Virus record (IMG/VR): IMGVR_UViG_3300025012_000066
Coordinates: 1-64,000 of that record
Reading direction: 5' to 3' (one strand)
From: a virus
DNA: 64,000 nt
The position numbers and the translations under genes are program-made. Shown piece after piece: positions 40,662 through 49,947 of the stretch. Every line of letters begins with the position of its first letter. The first letter of the stretch is position 1. The notes under the pieces are model-generated. The model ran no database searches. It was given only the letters and a program-made list of their open reading frames with translations, and was not told the DNA's origin.

Positions 40662-41912
40662 TTGGGCAAAAATTTTACTATTGACTATGAAATTATTAGT
40701 AGTTTTAAATTAAAATTGGTGGGAACAGAACCTAAAAACGCAAAACAAAATTTTACAATGGAAGACAAAGAGGGATATATTTATTTTGGCAATTTAAGTG
40801 ATATGAAACAAAAATTGAAACAGAATCATTCTCTGAGTAGATTTCATACATCAAATTCGCATACTATAGATAATATAAAACTATGGTGCAAATTAAATAG
40901 TGTTGAATTGGAATTAGTAAGTACAATATATTTAAACAACAAACAAAAACTGGTGTTCAAAGACAAAGAAGGATATTATTATCTTTTATCTTTAGATTGC
41001 CTGCGAAGAAATTCGACGGCTTCTAGATTTCACAAATCAAACTCATATACAATACAAAATATAAAACTATGGTGCAATTTAAATAATAAACCATTTAAAT
41101 TAATTAGTAAAATATATGTTGGTGCTGATGATAAATTAGAATGGCAATGTTTAAAAGATGGTTGTGGCGAAATATTCAAAATGAAATGGAGTCATATTTA
41201 TGATAACCACGGTTGTGGGTTCTGTCATGGCAAACAAATTGGTTTGTCAAATTGTCTTGAAACTTTAAGATTTAAACTTTCTAAAGAATGGCATCCTATA
41301 AAGAATGGTGATTTAACTCCATTTGATGTAACAGTAAGTAATGGAGAGTATGCTTGGTGGAGTTGTAAAAAATGTAATCATGAATGGGAAGCAGTTATTG
41401 CTAGTAGAAGTAGTGGAATTGGTTGTCCTAGATGTGCTGAAATTAATGCAGAATCTCATTTACAGAAGAGAACAAGACTATACATAAATGAATGTGGATA
41501 CGATGTATTACATGAAAAAGAATGCACGTTAAATCCTAAAAATATAATAAACCCTCCTGTAAATATTATAAGCAATAAACAGAGAAGAAAGGGGATATTA
41601 AGATATGATAATGAAATAATAATTGATAATAGACATCTTTTTATCGAAGTTAACGGACAGCAACATGATTTAGAGGATAATATATTTAATATAAAATCTT
41701 CTAAAAAGCACAATACCACACCAAAAGAAGAGTTAGAATATCTTAAAGCTAGGGATAAATTTAAAGAACAATATGTACATATGCAAGGAGAAAATTATTA
41801 TTACTTAGTATTGTGGTATTACGATTTTGATAAAGAGGATACATATAAAAAATTGATAGATGATAAGATAAATGAGGTATTATCAAACCTTCCACTCCCA
41901 AAAGCAATATAG
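40662..41912 (+). CDS. homing endonuclease-like protein (tandem repeats, zinc ribbon, DUF559-like nuclease)
   Basis: Duplicated DKEGY..SRFH..NIKLWC unit; EWHPIKNG..WWSCKKCNHEW..GCPRC; YD..IEVNGQQH. Confidence 0.8.
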   Translation: MGKNFTIDYEIISSFKLKLVGTEPKNAKQNFTMEDKEGYIYFGNLSDMKQKLKQNHSLSRFHTSNSHTIDNIKLWCKLNSVELELVSTIYLNNKQKLVFKDKEGYYYLLSLDCLRRNSTASRFHKSNSYTIQNIKLWCNLNNKPFKLISKIYVGADDKLEWQCLKDGCGEIFKMKWSHIYDNHGCGFCHGKQIGLSNCLETLRFKLSKEWHPIKNGDLTPFDVTVSNGEYAWWSCKKCNHEWEAVIASRSSGIGCPRCAEINAESHLQKRTRLYINECGYDVLHEKECTLNPKNIINPPVNIISNKQRRKGILRYDNEIIIDNRHLFIEVNGQQHDLEDNIFNIKSSKKHNTTPKEELEYLKARDKFKEQYVHMQGENYYYLVLWYYDFDKEDTYKKLIDDKINEVLSNLPLPKAI

Positions 41913-41932
41913 TTAAATACATAAATAATTAT

Positions 41933-42112
41933 TATATTGTACCAGTATCACCTATTCAGATGAGATTTCCAGTATATAATAGTAGTATATTTTCATCGTG
42001 GGAAGGTCATTTTCGTATACTTGGAGATCAAGAAGCAAGGGATATAGTTTATCATAGTGGATTAGGTTCAAAAACAAATTGTGGATTTGGCTGTTTGGAT
42101 AGGGTTATATAA
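41933..42112 (+). pseudogene. cas6: cas6 C-terminal remnant
   Basis: Manual translation ...SSWEGHFRILGDQEARDIVYHSGLGSKTNCGFGCLDRVI* contains the Cas6 glycine-rich loop; no 5' part or RBS. Confidence 0.75.
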
Positions 42113-42167
42113 TACATAAATAAAATTATTAAATTATTCCTATGAAGGAGCAAATAAAATACATTCG

Positions 42168-42865
42168 CTAGATTATAAATCCAATGTCAATCACCTCTTT
42201 CCCAAACTTATCATATAGTTTTTCAAAAGAATCATCATTCTCTATACCAAACATCATTGGATTAACTTCAAAGACATTAACCAGTTCTATAAACTGATCT
42301 AAACTTATTTTCTTTTCTCCTAATTCAACTCTGCTTAAATAATATCCATTCAAACTAGTATTTTTAGCTATTTTTATATAAGATAATTTCTTTAATTTTC
42401 TTATTCTTTTAATATTAAAACCCATATAATTTTTTGTATTAATCAGGGTATTAGTTTCTAATTGTAGATAAAAATCTTTTGTACTTAGGTTTAAGTCTGG
42501 TTTTACGTAAGTAGTAGGGGTTTGTTTTTCATTGTTGTTTCGGCACTTAGAACAAAATAATCCATATGGTATGGGAGCGTTGCACACTAAGCACAATTTC
42601 ATTTGATAACTAATATAATTTGATTCATATTCTTCTTTTCTGCAAGAATCACACTTTGTATATCTTTGATTTATTATCTCAATACCACATTTAATACATC
42701 TTCCTGATTTTTTATATCTACTAGCAGATTTCTCCTTCTTTTTTGTAATGACATATTAATACAAGTCCTGCATTTTTGTGTTGTTTCATCTTGTTCTAAA
42801 GGTTTTCCACAATATGTGCATAAGCGAAGTGCTTTTCTTGTTTTTTGAGTTATATTTCTAGCCAT
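42168..42865 (-). pseudogene. CxxC-repeat + XRE HTH protein, frameshifted near 42740
   Basis: The frame of 42168-42602 extends upstream as RYKKSGRCIKCG..CDSC and overlaps the 42674-42874 ORF at an A6 run; paralog of 47166-48041. Confidence 0.7.
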
Positions 42866-42980
42866 TAAATACACTCCTTTTTAAGATTATATCATATTTA
42901 TGGTTATTATGTCCGTTCAATTGAGTAATATGTTTATTCTAGTTTACCTTAACTATATTAATTTAAGGAGGTGATGAAAA

Positions 42981-43196
42981 ATGTTTATCAGTATGCTTGG
43001 CAATATACTTAGTAGTAGCAGTATACTAATGGAAGGAAGTGGTAAAATGAATTATATCGAAGAAACTTTACTTGAAATCAAAAATGCTAAAACAGACGAA
43101 ACAATTAAAAATATTATGTATGATATCTATATTACTACTCAATATGACTCAGCAATTAGGAAAGAATTTGATGATTATTTTGAAGATGTTAAGTAA
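42981..43196 (+). CDS. hypothetical protein
   Basis: RBS AAGGAGGTGA. Confidence 0.55.
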   Translation: MFISMLGNILSSSSILMEGSGKMNYIEETLLEIKNAKTDETIKNIMYDIYITTQYDSAIRKEFDDYFEDVK

Positions 43197-43250
43197 TTGA
43201 TATTGATTAATCAGTAAAATAATAAATTTAAAAAAGGTGATAAAATAGAA

Positions 43251-43457
43251 ATGAAATACATACTAATAAATAAACAAGTATTATTTACAGATTTAAAAGG
43301 CAATGAATTTGAGGGTTATGTCCTAAAAACAGAAAAACAAAATCTAGATATTTTTCAAATTCAAGAACTTGTAAAGATAATCTATAAAGATGCTAAAGGT
43401 AATTATGAGATTGTGAAAGTTCCAATGTCTTGTATTTTAGGGATGCATTATAATTAA
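43251..43457 (+). CDS. hypothetical protein
   Basis: RBS AAGGTGA. Confidence 0.6.
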   Translation: MKYILINKQVLFTDLKGNEFEGYVLKTEKQNLDIFQIQELVKIIYKDAKGNYEIVKVPMSCILGMHYN

Positions 43458-43488
43458 AAATATATACTTAGAAAGGAGGTGATAAACA

Positions 43489-43617
43489 ATGGAAGAACTC
43501 TACAGCGAATTAAAATCAGTTTGGTCTACATATTCAGACGAAGCAAGAGATAATTGGGCAATGTTGCTTGGTGGTAAGAGTGGTAAGAGTGAAGTTATGG
43601 TTTTGATGAGTAAGTAG
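43489..43617 (+). CDS. 42-aa ORF resembling a tape-measure segment
   Basis: RBS AAAGGAGGTGA; MEELYSELKSVWSTYSDEARDNWAMLLGGKSGKSEVMVLMSK. Confidence 0.55.
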   Translation: MEELYSELKSVWSTYSDEARDNWAMLLGGKSGKSEVMVLMSK

Positions 43618-43667
43618 GATTAAGGGGTAGTTTAAAGTAAAATAAAAATAAAGGATGGTAATGTAAA

Positions 43668-43910
43668 ATGAATGAATCAAGAGTTGAATTGGAGAAGCAT
43701 GTATGGGATACTTCTGAAACCGAATATGACAGCACAAAGGAATTAGCAAATTTTCTAAGCAATATGGATGCTAGAATTAAAGTGTTAGAAGAATTTGTAG
43801 AAAATTTGCAAAAAGAAAAACTAAAAGAAAAACTAAAAGAAAAACTAGATACGAAGAATATATCAAAAATAGTAATTAATGAGATTAATAAAGGATTTGC
43901 AAAGACTTGA
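43668..43910 (+). CDS. hypothetical coiled-coil protein with a 12-bp x3 repeat (KEKL)3
   Basis: AAAGAAAAACTA x3 at about 43812-43847. Confidence 0.6.
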   Translation: MNESRVELEKHVWDTSETEYDSTKELANFLSNMDARIKVLEEFVENLQKEKLKEKLKEKLDTKNISKIVINEINKGFAKT

Positions 43911-44032
43911 TAAATAAATCCATTTGAAAGTTATAAAAAATGAGAGGGCGGCAACCCTCTCTTGCATGAAATTTAAGCTATGTGGCTAGGGCGTTTTACA
44001 AGAACGCTCATTGAGAGGAGGTGAAAAATAAA

Positions 44033-44345
44033 ATGAAAATATATAAAGTTACTCAAGAAACAAAAATTATCAACTATCAACCAGTAGAAGAAAATCATGC
44101 TCATTTCTACACAAAATATAAAGGAAAATTATCGCCATGGAGTTAATTTTGAAAAAATGTTCTTATCAAAAGAAAACGCAGATATAGTTTATAATGAAAT
44201 ACTTGATGAAATAATGACTGGATCAGACGGAATAATAAAGAGTGGCAACACCATTTATTATGTAAAGAATGTTTGGGAACTAAATAAACATCCGTATTCA
44301 ATTATTAGTTGTGCCTGTGTTCAGGAAGTTGAAATTGCTGAGTAG
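44033..44345 (+). pseudogene. hypothetical gene, probably frameshifted
   Basis: Strong RBS before ATG 44033 (stop at 44146); the overlapping frame 44097-44345 has no RBS. Confidence 0.55.
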
Positions 44346-44401
44346 TAAATTAGTAAGTTTTAGGGTTGTGACCGACCACTATAATAAAGGAGGAAATTAA
44401 A

Positions 44402-44908
44402 ATGGAATTAAAAGATTTTGAGAGATATTTGGAATTAGTAAAAATTAATGAGGAATATATTAACATATGGAGAGAAACAAGAAGTGATGAAAACTATGAA
44501 AACTATGATAACGTGTCTAAAACAAGGGAAGAACTAAGTAATTTTAAAAATAATCTATTAAAGTTTGTTTTTGGAAACCAAAGTAGCATAGAAACAGTTA
44601 TAGATAAGCTTAAATTTAGACTTAATCGTTTTAATGAATATGCTGGATCTGATGAAAATAGAGCATTTAATGAAATAAAAATGGTTAAGGAAATATTGAA
44701 TTTACTTGAGATGTATGATTGGAAACTTATGCACTCAGAGTATTATACAGGAGAAGTTAAACAAGTTGCTATTTGGGAACAAAATGGAGAAGGATTAATT
44801 AGGAGACATAAAGTTTGGAATGTAGTTGATGCTATAAATACTACAAAAGATTCAGGGAGAATTATTGGTAAAGCAATGGGAAGCATTTCTGAAAATATTA
44901 ATAATTAA
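44402..44908 (+). CDS. hypothetical protein
   Basis: RBS AAGGAGG. Confidence 0.75.
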   Translation: MELKDFERYLELVKINEEYINIWRETRSDENYENYDNVSKTREELSNFKNNLLKFVFGNQSSIETVIDKLKFRLNRFNEYAGSDENRAFNEIKMVKEILNLLEMYDWKLMHSEYYTGEVKQVAIWEQNGEGLIRRHKVWNVVDAINTTKDSGRIIGKAMGSISENINN

Positions 44909-44944
44909 GGGTTGCGTCCAAACGCAAGAAAGAAGGAAATAACA

Positions 44945-45967
44945 ATGAAAGAAATTATGATTAAAACAATCAAGGAAGATATCACATATATGTTGGCAGA
45001 ACTAGGTAATATGCGTAAAGCTGAAGTCAATAAAGATACAAAGAATAAATTAATGGAAAACTCAGGTTTAAGTCAAGATTCAGTAGGATATCGTGTCTAT
45101 TTTAAGGATTTTAGACCTTATAGAAAAATGGTTGATTCATTATCAAAACTATATGATAGTCTTAATCAAATGTATAAATATAATATGTTAAAAGGAGATG
45201 AAGAGTTTGTAGAATATATTGTATCATCTCTATTTGCAGAATCTAAAGAATTACATAAGTTAATGGAAACTTGTAAAGAAGATTATGATCAGTATAGATG
45301 TATGAGCGATGCTTATGTTAAACTGACTGATAAAATATGTAGGATTGAGAGGGATATGCCATATGATTTGATCAATCAAAAGGAATTATTAGATTTAGAG
45401 GCATCTTTAAACATAGTCCTTGCAGAATCAGAAGATATTGTTAATATTGCTGAAAGTTTAGGAATCTTAACTGAAAAACATAATTATCAAAACGCATTAT
45501 ATTCTTTAAGTGTAGAATTAGATAATTGGATTGGTAAAGTGTCATATCCTATTAAAATTAGTAAAGATCAAAGAAATTTTATCAAAACATTATTTTCAAA
45601 TGTTCAAGGGGCAAAGGGTATTTTGGTTAATAAAATTTCATCTTTTAAACAAGATGGTCTGTCATTAAATGAGTATAAATATGTAAAACCAATGTATATT
45701 GATTGTGTTTGTAGTGAAGGCAAAGAAAATGATAAAGTGATAGCATACGTTGGCAATGAATTAATTGCTTTTAATTCTAGAAAACATATGCAACAACCAA
45801 TGAGCATAATTGACTATGCTGAAATTATTCATGATGTAGCCATCCAAAAAGGATATGAAATATTTATTAATACTCAAGGATTTGGAATGAGTTTGTATGA
45901 TCATCTTATAGAATTTGGAGATTTGAAGGTTAGTAAGTTAATACAAATGGTTTTAGGTAAGAAATAA
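44945..45967 (+). CDS. mosaic protein carrying a copy of the tail-protein internal repeat
   Basis: TEKHNYQNAL...ELDNWIGKVSYPI matches TEKTNYQNAL...ELDNWIGKSSYPI in 12885-17330; ATG 44945 follows an RBS. Confidence 0.8.
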   Translation: MKEIMIKTIKEDITYMLAELGNMRKAEVNKDTKNKLMENSGLSQDSVGYRVYFKDFRPYRKMVDSLSKLYDSLNQMYKYNMLKGDEEFVEYIVSSLFAESKELHKLMETCKEDYDQYRCMSDAYVKLTDKICRIERDMPYDLINQKELLDLEASLNIVLAESEDIVNIAESLGILTEKHNYQNALYSLSVELDNWIGKVSYPIKISKDQRNFIKTLFSNVQGAKGILVNKISSFKQDGLSLNEYKYVKPMYIDCVCSEGKENDKVIAYVGNELIAFNSRKHMQQPMSIIDYAEIIHDVAIQKGYEIFINTQGFGMSLYDHLIEFGDLKVSKLIQMVLGKK

Positions 45968-45983
45968 AAAATATAACAAATAC

Positions 45984-46011
45984 TCCTAACTGCTTTAGTT
46001 GGCAGTTAGGA
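45984..46011. terminator. hairpin between convergent genes
   Basis: TCCTAACTGC / GCAGTTAGGA. Confidence 0.65.
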
Positions 46012-46047
46012 ATATTAATATAATATTAATATAATATAGTATATAAA

Positions 46048-46296
46048 TTATTCAGGTGTTTGAAATTTATCTAAATCAATATTGATTTCTAAAAAGAACA
46101 TAAGATATCCACAATCTAAACATACATAATTAATAGGATACATAGGCATTGTAATCTCTTTTTCTGGTGTTTGAAATTTCATGGTGGCATTTATGTTCAT
46201 AGTATCTACTTTATTACTTTTGCAAATAGGGCAAGATTTAGATTGATTTGATATTGTTTCTTTGGTAATTTTACGAATGTTTTGATTTTCTTCCAT
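46048..46296 (-). CDS. small zinc-ribbon protein
   Basis: CPIC...CLDCGY; RBS GGGAGG. Confidence 0.7.
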   Translation of the reverse strand: MEENQNIRKITKETISNQSKSCPICKSNKVDTMNINATMKFQTPEKEITMPMYPINYVCLDCGYLMFFLEINIDLDKFQTPE

Positions 46297-46356
46297 ATGA
46301 TTGCCTCCCTATGTTTGATAATATTGATTAGCATGTCCATTTTGTTTGATTAATAA

Positions 46357-47176
46357 TTATCTCAATCTAATCTTCTTAACATTAATTAAACAATCTGGAT
46401 CAACAATAACCTCACTCTCACCCCTCTTGTCAATATAAGCAAGAACATCTTCAATTTTTATCATTGCTTCATATAATTTCCCATTATCAGGATCAAATCT
46501 TGTAGCAAAGAATTTAGCTGCATTAATATCAATTGTCCAAGAAAATGCTTTCTTATAAGGCGTAGATTCAGTGTTTTGTCCTCGATATATTTTAACAAGA
46601 CCACTACTATCTACTTTTAAAATTTTTCTAAAATCTTCTTTTGGTTTGTACTTAAATATATTGAGAAAGAAGTTTTTATTAAGTTTTGAAAAACCATATT
46701 CAGAACGTCTATAAATGTCCTCAAAGCACTTATATTTTTGTTCATCAGGTATATTTTCAAATGATTCAATATAGAAATCTAGAGTAATCTTCTTCTCTAT
46801 AAGGAAAAATAATTTATCATATTGTTTTTTAGAGATGTATTTGTTCATACTCTCTTCAACTTTTTCGATTCTTAATTTAGTTTGATAAAGGGTTAAAACT
46901 TTGATATCGAATGCATCTATATCTACCATGACAGGGCCAGAGAGGTATGCGTAAGGCGTTATGAAAGTTATCATTGAAGTAGAACCTATCTATTGGCTTA
47001 TCAAGGTGTTTAATGGCATTTAGGATGATTTCATATAGAGGTATTTCGTATTCAGTTTCTTCTATTATTTTGAGTCTAAATTGGTTGTTTTGGAATCGAG
47101 AAATAGGAATTAGTAAATCTTGGTTGACGACACGGTGAGATAGGTTGAATAATTTGTTTATGTCATTAGTTTTCAT
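46357..47176 (-). pseudogene. ADP-ribosyltransferase-like protein (R-S-E type), frameshifted near 46965
   Basis: IYRG...SWT...A..FA...ESEV; removing one T joins DRFYFNDNF to ITPYAYL. Confidence 0.6.
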
Positions 47177-48041
47177 TTCTGTATTCTCCTTTAATTATAA
47201 AATCAATGTTAACAATTTCAGTATTAAATTTAGAATATAGTTTCTTACATAATTTATCTGATTCGATTCCAAACAGAGATGAATCAATGCCTAACACCTT
47301 AATAATTTCTTTAAACTGTGGTAGATTGATTTTTCTTTTACCTTTCTCAATATTATATAATTCATCTAATTTTAGATTGGAATTTTTAATAAAGTTAGAT
47401 GTAGATATTTTCTTTAACTTTCTTACTCTTTTAATATTGAATCCTATATAATTGCCATTTTTTATAGCTTGATCAATTTCTAATTGAATATAGAAGTTTT
47501 TTGTGCTGATTTGTTTTTCTTTTTCGGTTAGAGTTTTTCCTTGATAACTTTTACGTTCTGTAATTGGTTTTGATTGTTGATTATTTTGATTAAGTTTCTT
47601 GTAGAAACTTTTATCATATGAGTTTTTAATATTTCTTTTAATACTTTCTTTTTTACATTCAGGACAATATTTGCCGAATTGATCTACAAAGACTCCACAA
47701 CCACCTAGACATAGTTTTGGTGCTTTTGATTTTCGGTCTATTTTATCATTATATGGTTTTTGATGTATACGAGCTTTTTCATAGCATTTTCTACATTTAA
47801 AATATTCCGTTGAATCTAATCTTGTGCCACAAGTAAAACAGATTCTTAATTGTTTACAGTTTTCTTTTTTTGCTTGATAATCTTGTTTGATAATTAATCT
47901 GCATTTTTCACAGTGTATTTTTGTTTCTTTAGGTGATAGAGGTTCACAACATTTAAAACAGAGACGAAGTTTCTTTCTGATTGAGTGTGTTGGGTTTATA
48001 CTTGTATTTTTTGGTGTTTGATTAATTGTATCTTGTGTCAT
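47166..48041 (-). CDS. multi-CxxC zinc-finger + XRE HTH protein
   Basis: Several CxxC pairs; GFNIKRVRKLKK...IEKGKRKI; RBS GGAGG before ATG 48041. Confidence 0.75.
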   Translation of the reverse strand: MTQDTINQTPKNTSINPTHSIRKKLRLCFKCCEPLSPKETKIHCEKCRLIIKQDYQAKKENCKQLRICFTCGTRLDSTEYFKCRKCYEKARIHQKPYNDKIDRKSKAPKLCLGGCGVFVDQFGKYCPECKKESIKRNIKNSYDKSFYKKLNQNNQQSKPITERKSYQGKTLTEKEKQISTKNFYIQLEIDQAIKNGNYIGFNIKRVRKLKKISTSNFIKNSNLKLDELYNIEKGKRKINLPQFKEIIKVLGIDSSLFGIESDKLCKKLYSKFNTEIVNIDFIIKGEYRNEN

Positions 48042-48310
48042 TTGTGACAACCTCCATTTCGACAATGATGATTATATTATAGCATATTTAGGGGTTTTGT
48101 TCAAATTTGAGTTTTATTATTATCCAATAAAAGTATGTTTTTATTTTGTTTGAAATAGTGGGTTTGAAAGTGGTTTGTAGTAAGGGTTGTAGAGGTGGGA
48201 ATTGTTGGTAATTGGATGATTTGGAGTTTATTAGTTATAATTTAATATTTTTTATTTTTAAAGAGCTGTTGAGGCTCTTTTTTGTTTTGTTTAGTGAAAT
48301 TGAATTTAAT

Positions 48311-48426
48311 ATGGTTTTCAATAAGTTAGGCCAAATTTATTGAAGTAAAACTAGGACAATCATGCCAATACATAGTTGTCCTTATTCCATTTGTGTCTCT
48401 AAATATTGGAAGGAGAATGATAAATA
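48311..48426 (+). promoter_or_regulatory. structured HEG leader
   Basis: AGGACAATCATG-CCAATA-CATAGTTGTCCT at 48353-48382; TATTGG at 48404 abuts SD AAGGAG. Confidence 0.7.
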
Positions 48427-49947
48427 ATGGGATTGATTAGTACAGAGGTTGAGGTTGGAGTAAATGGCAAAAATATTGAACAATATGAAGAAAAAGGTTA
48501 TAAATTTGAAAGATATTATAATGAACATAATAGAAAAATGTTAGTTAGAAAAGGAACAAAGATAAAAGTTAGAGTAGAAGATTTAGGTGATAAATCTAGT
48601 GCGAAGGTAGATGCAGAATGTGATGGCTGTGGTAAAGAATTAAAAGGAATAAGATGGGTAGATTATAAGGAACAAGTAAAAGAAGATGGAAAATATTTTT
48701 GTATAAGATGTGCTAGTGCTGGATTTAAACAATGGATAAGTTTTTATAAATGGTGCTATGATAATTTACCAAAAGAATTAGCAGATTATATATTAAGTAG
48801 ATGGAATAAAGAATTAAATATTGATAAAGATGGCAACCAATTAACTTCTCACGATGTTAGTTATGCTTCACAAGGTATAGACAGGAAAGGATATTGGTTT
48901 AATTGTTTAGATAACTTTGAACACAAACCAGAACAAAAACATATAAGTTCTTTTACAGGAGGACAAAGAGGTAGTCTTGATTGTGATATGTGTAACACCA
49001 TTTTTGTTACTCATCATCACTTAGTACACTTCTTTGTTAATAAAGAGGATGCACATAAATACTCTTTTGGATCAGGTAAGTATGTATTAGTTAAATGTCC
49101 AGACTGTAGTTATGAAAAAAGAATTAAAATTTCCAATTTGGTAAATCACGGGTTTGGTTGTAATCGTTGCGGAGATGGTGTTAGCTTCTCAGAAAAGGTT
49201 ACGATAAATGTTTTAGAACAATTACACGAAACATTTATAATTCAATTATCTAAAACTACTTTTAAATGGTGTAAAGATTATAGATATGATTTATATATAA
49301 ATAAAATAAATGGGATTTGCGAGGTTATGGGCAACCAACACTACGAAGAAACATATGGCAAATGGGGGACATTGCAAGAGATACAAGAAAATGATAGGGA
49401 CAAAGAAAATTTAGCTAAAGAAAATAATATTACTAATTACATAATTATAGACTGTAGGAGAAGTGAATTAGAATGGATTAAAAACAATATTATGAATCGT
49501 GATCCAAGTCGTCCAGATCAACAATGTCTTGCAGAAGTATTAAACTTTAATGAATCTGATATTGATTGGTTAAAAGTCTATGAATCAGGGTTCAGAAACT
49601 TAGTTAAGACAGCATGTATTTTATGGAATGAAGGACTTAAAAGCACAGTCAAGATAGGGAATAATTTAAATTTAAGTAGTGGAGCAATAAGAAATTATCT
49701 CAAAAAAGGAACTGAATTAGGATGGTGTTCTTATAATCCAAAAGAAGAGATATGTGAGAAAGTAATATGCTTGACAACTGGTGAAATATTTAACTCCATA
49801 CATGAAGCTTCATTGAATGGTAGAGAATCAATTAGACCAAATATTTCTGCTTGTTGTAAAGGAAAACATAAATCAGCAGGCAAGTCAATAACTGGCGAGC
49901 CGTTGGTTTGGATGTACTATGATAAATATTTAGAAATCAACAAATAA
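48427..49947 (+). CDS. homing endonuclease-like protein (zinc ribbons, DUF559-like, NUMOD1-like C-terminus)
   Basis: CDGCG, CPDC, CNRC; YRYD..EVMGNQH; VICLTTGEIFNSIHEAS..ISACCKGK. Confidence 0.8.
   Translation: MGLISTEVEVGVNGKNIEQYEEKGYKFERYYNEHNRKMLVRKGTKIKVRVEDLGDKSSAKVDAECDGCGKELKGIRWVDYKEQVKEDGKYFCIRCASAGFKQWISFYKWCYDNLPKELADYILSRWNKELNIDKDGNQLTSHDVSYASQGIDRKGYWFNCLDNFEHKPEQKHISSFTGGQRGSLDCDMCNTIFVTHHHLVHFFVNKEDAHKYSFGSGKYVLVKCPDCSYEKRIKISNLVNHGFGCNRCGDGVSFSEKVTINVLEQLHETFIIQLSKTTFKWCKDYRYDLYINKINGICEVMGNQHYEETYGKWGTLQEIQENDRDKENLAKENNITNYIIIDCRRSELEWIKNNIMNRDPSRPDQQCLAEVLNFNESDIDWLKVYESGFRNLVKTACILWNEGLKSTVKIGNNLNLSSGAIRNYLKKGTELGWCSYNPKEEICEKVICLTTGEIFNSIHEASLNGRESIRPNISACCKGKHKSAGKSITGEPLVWMYYDKYLEINK

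Noticed and set aside
2966-49947. HEGs as group I intron or intein cargo
   Set aside because: They lie between complete genes with their own RBS, and I could not identify intron core or intein motifs.
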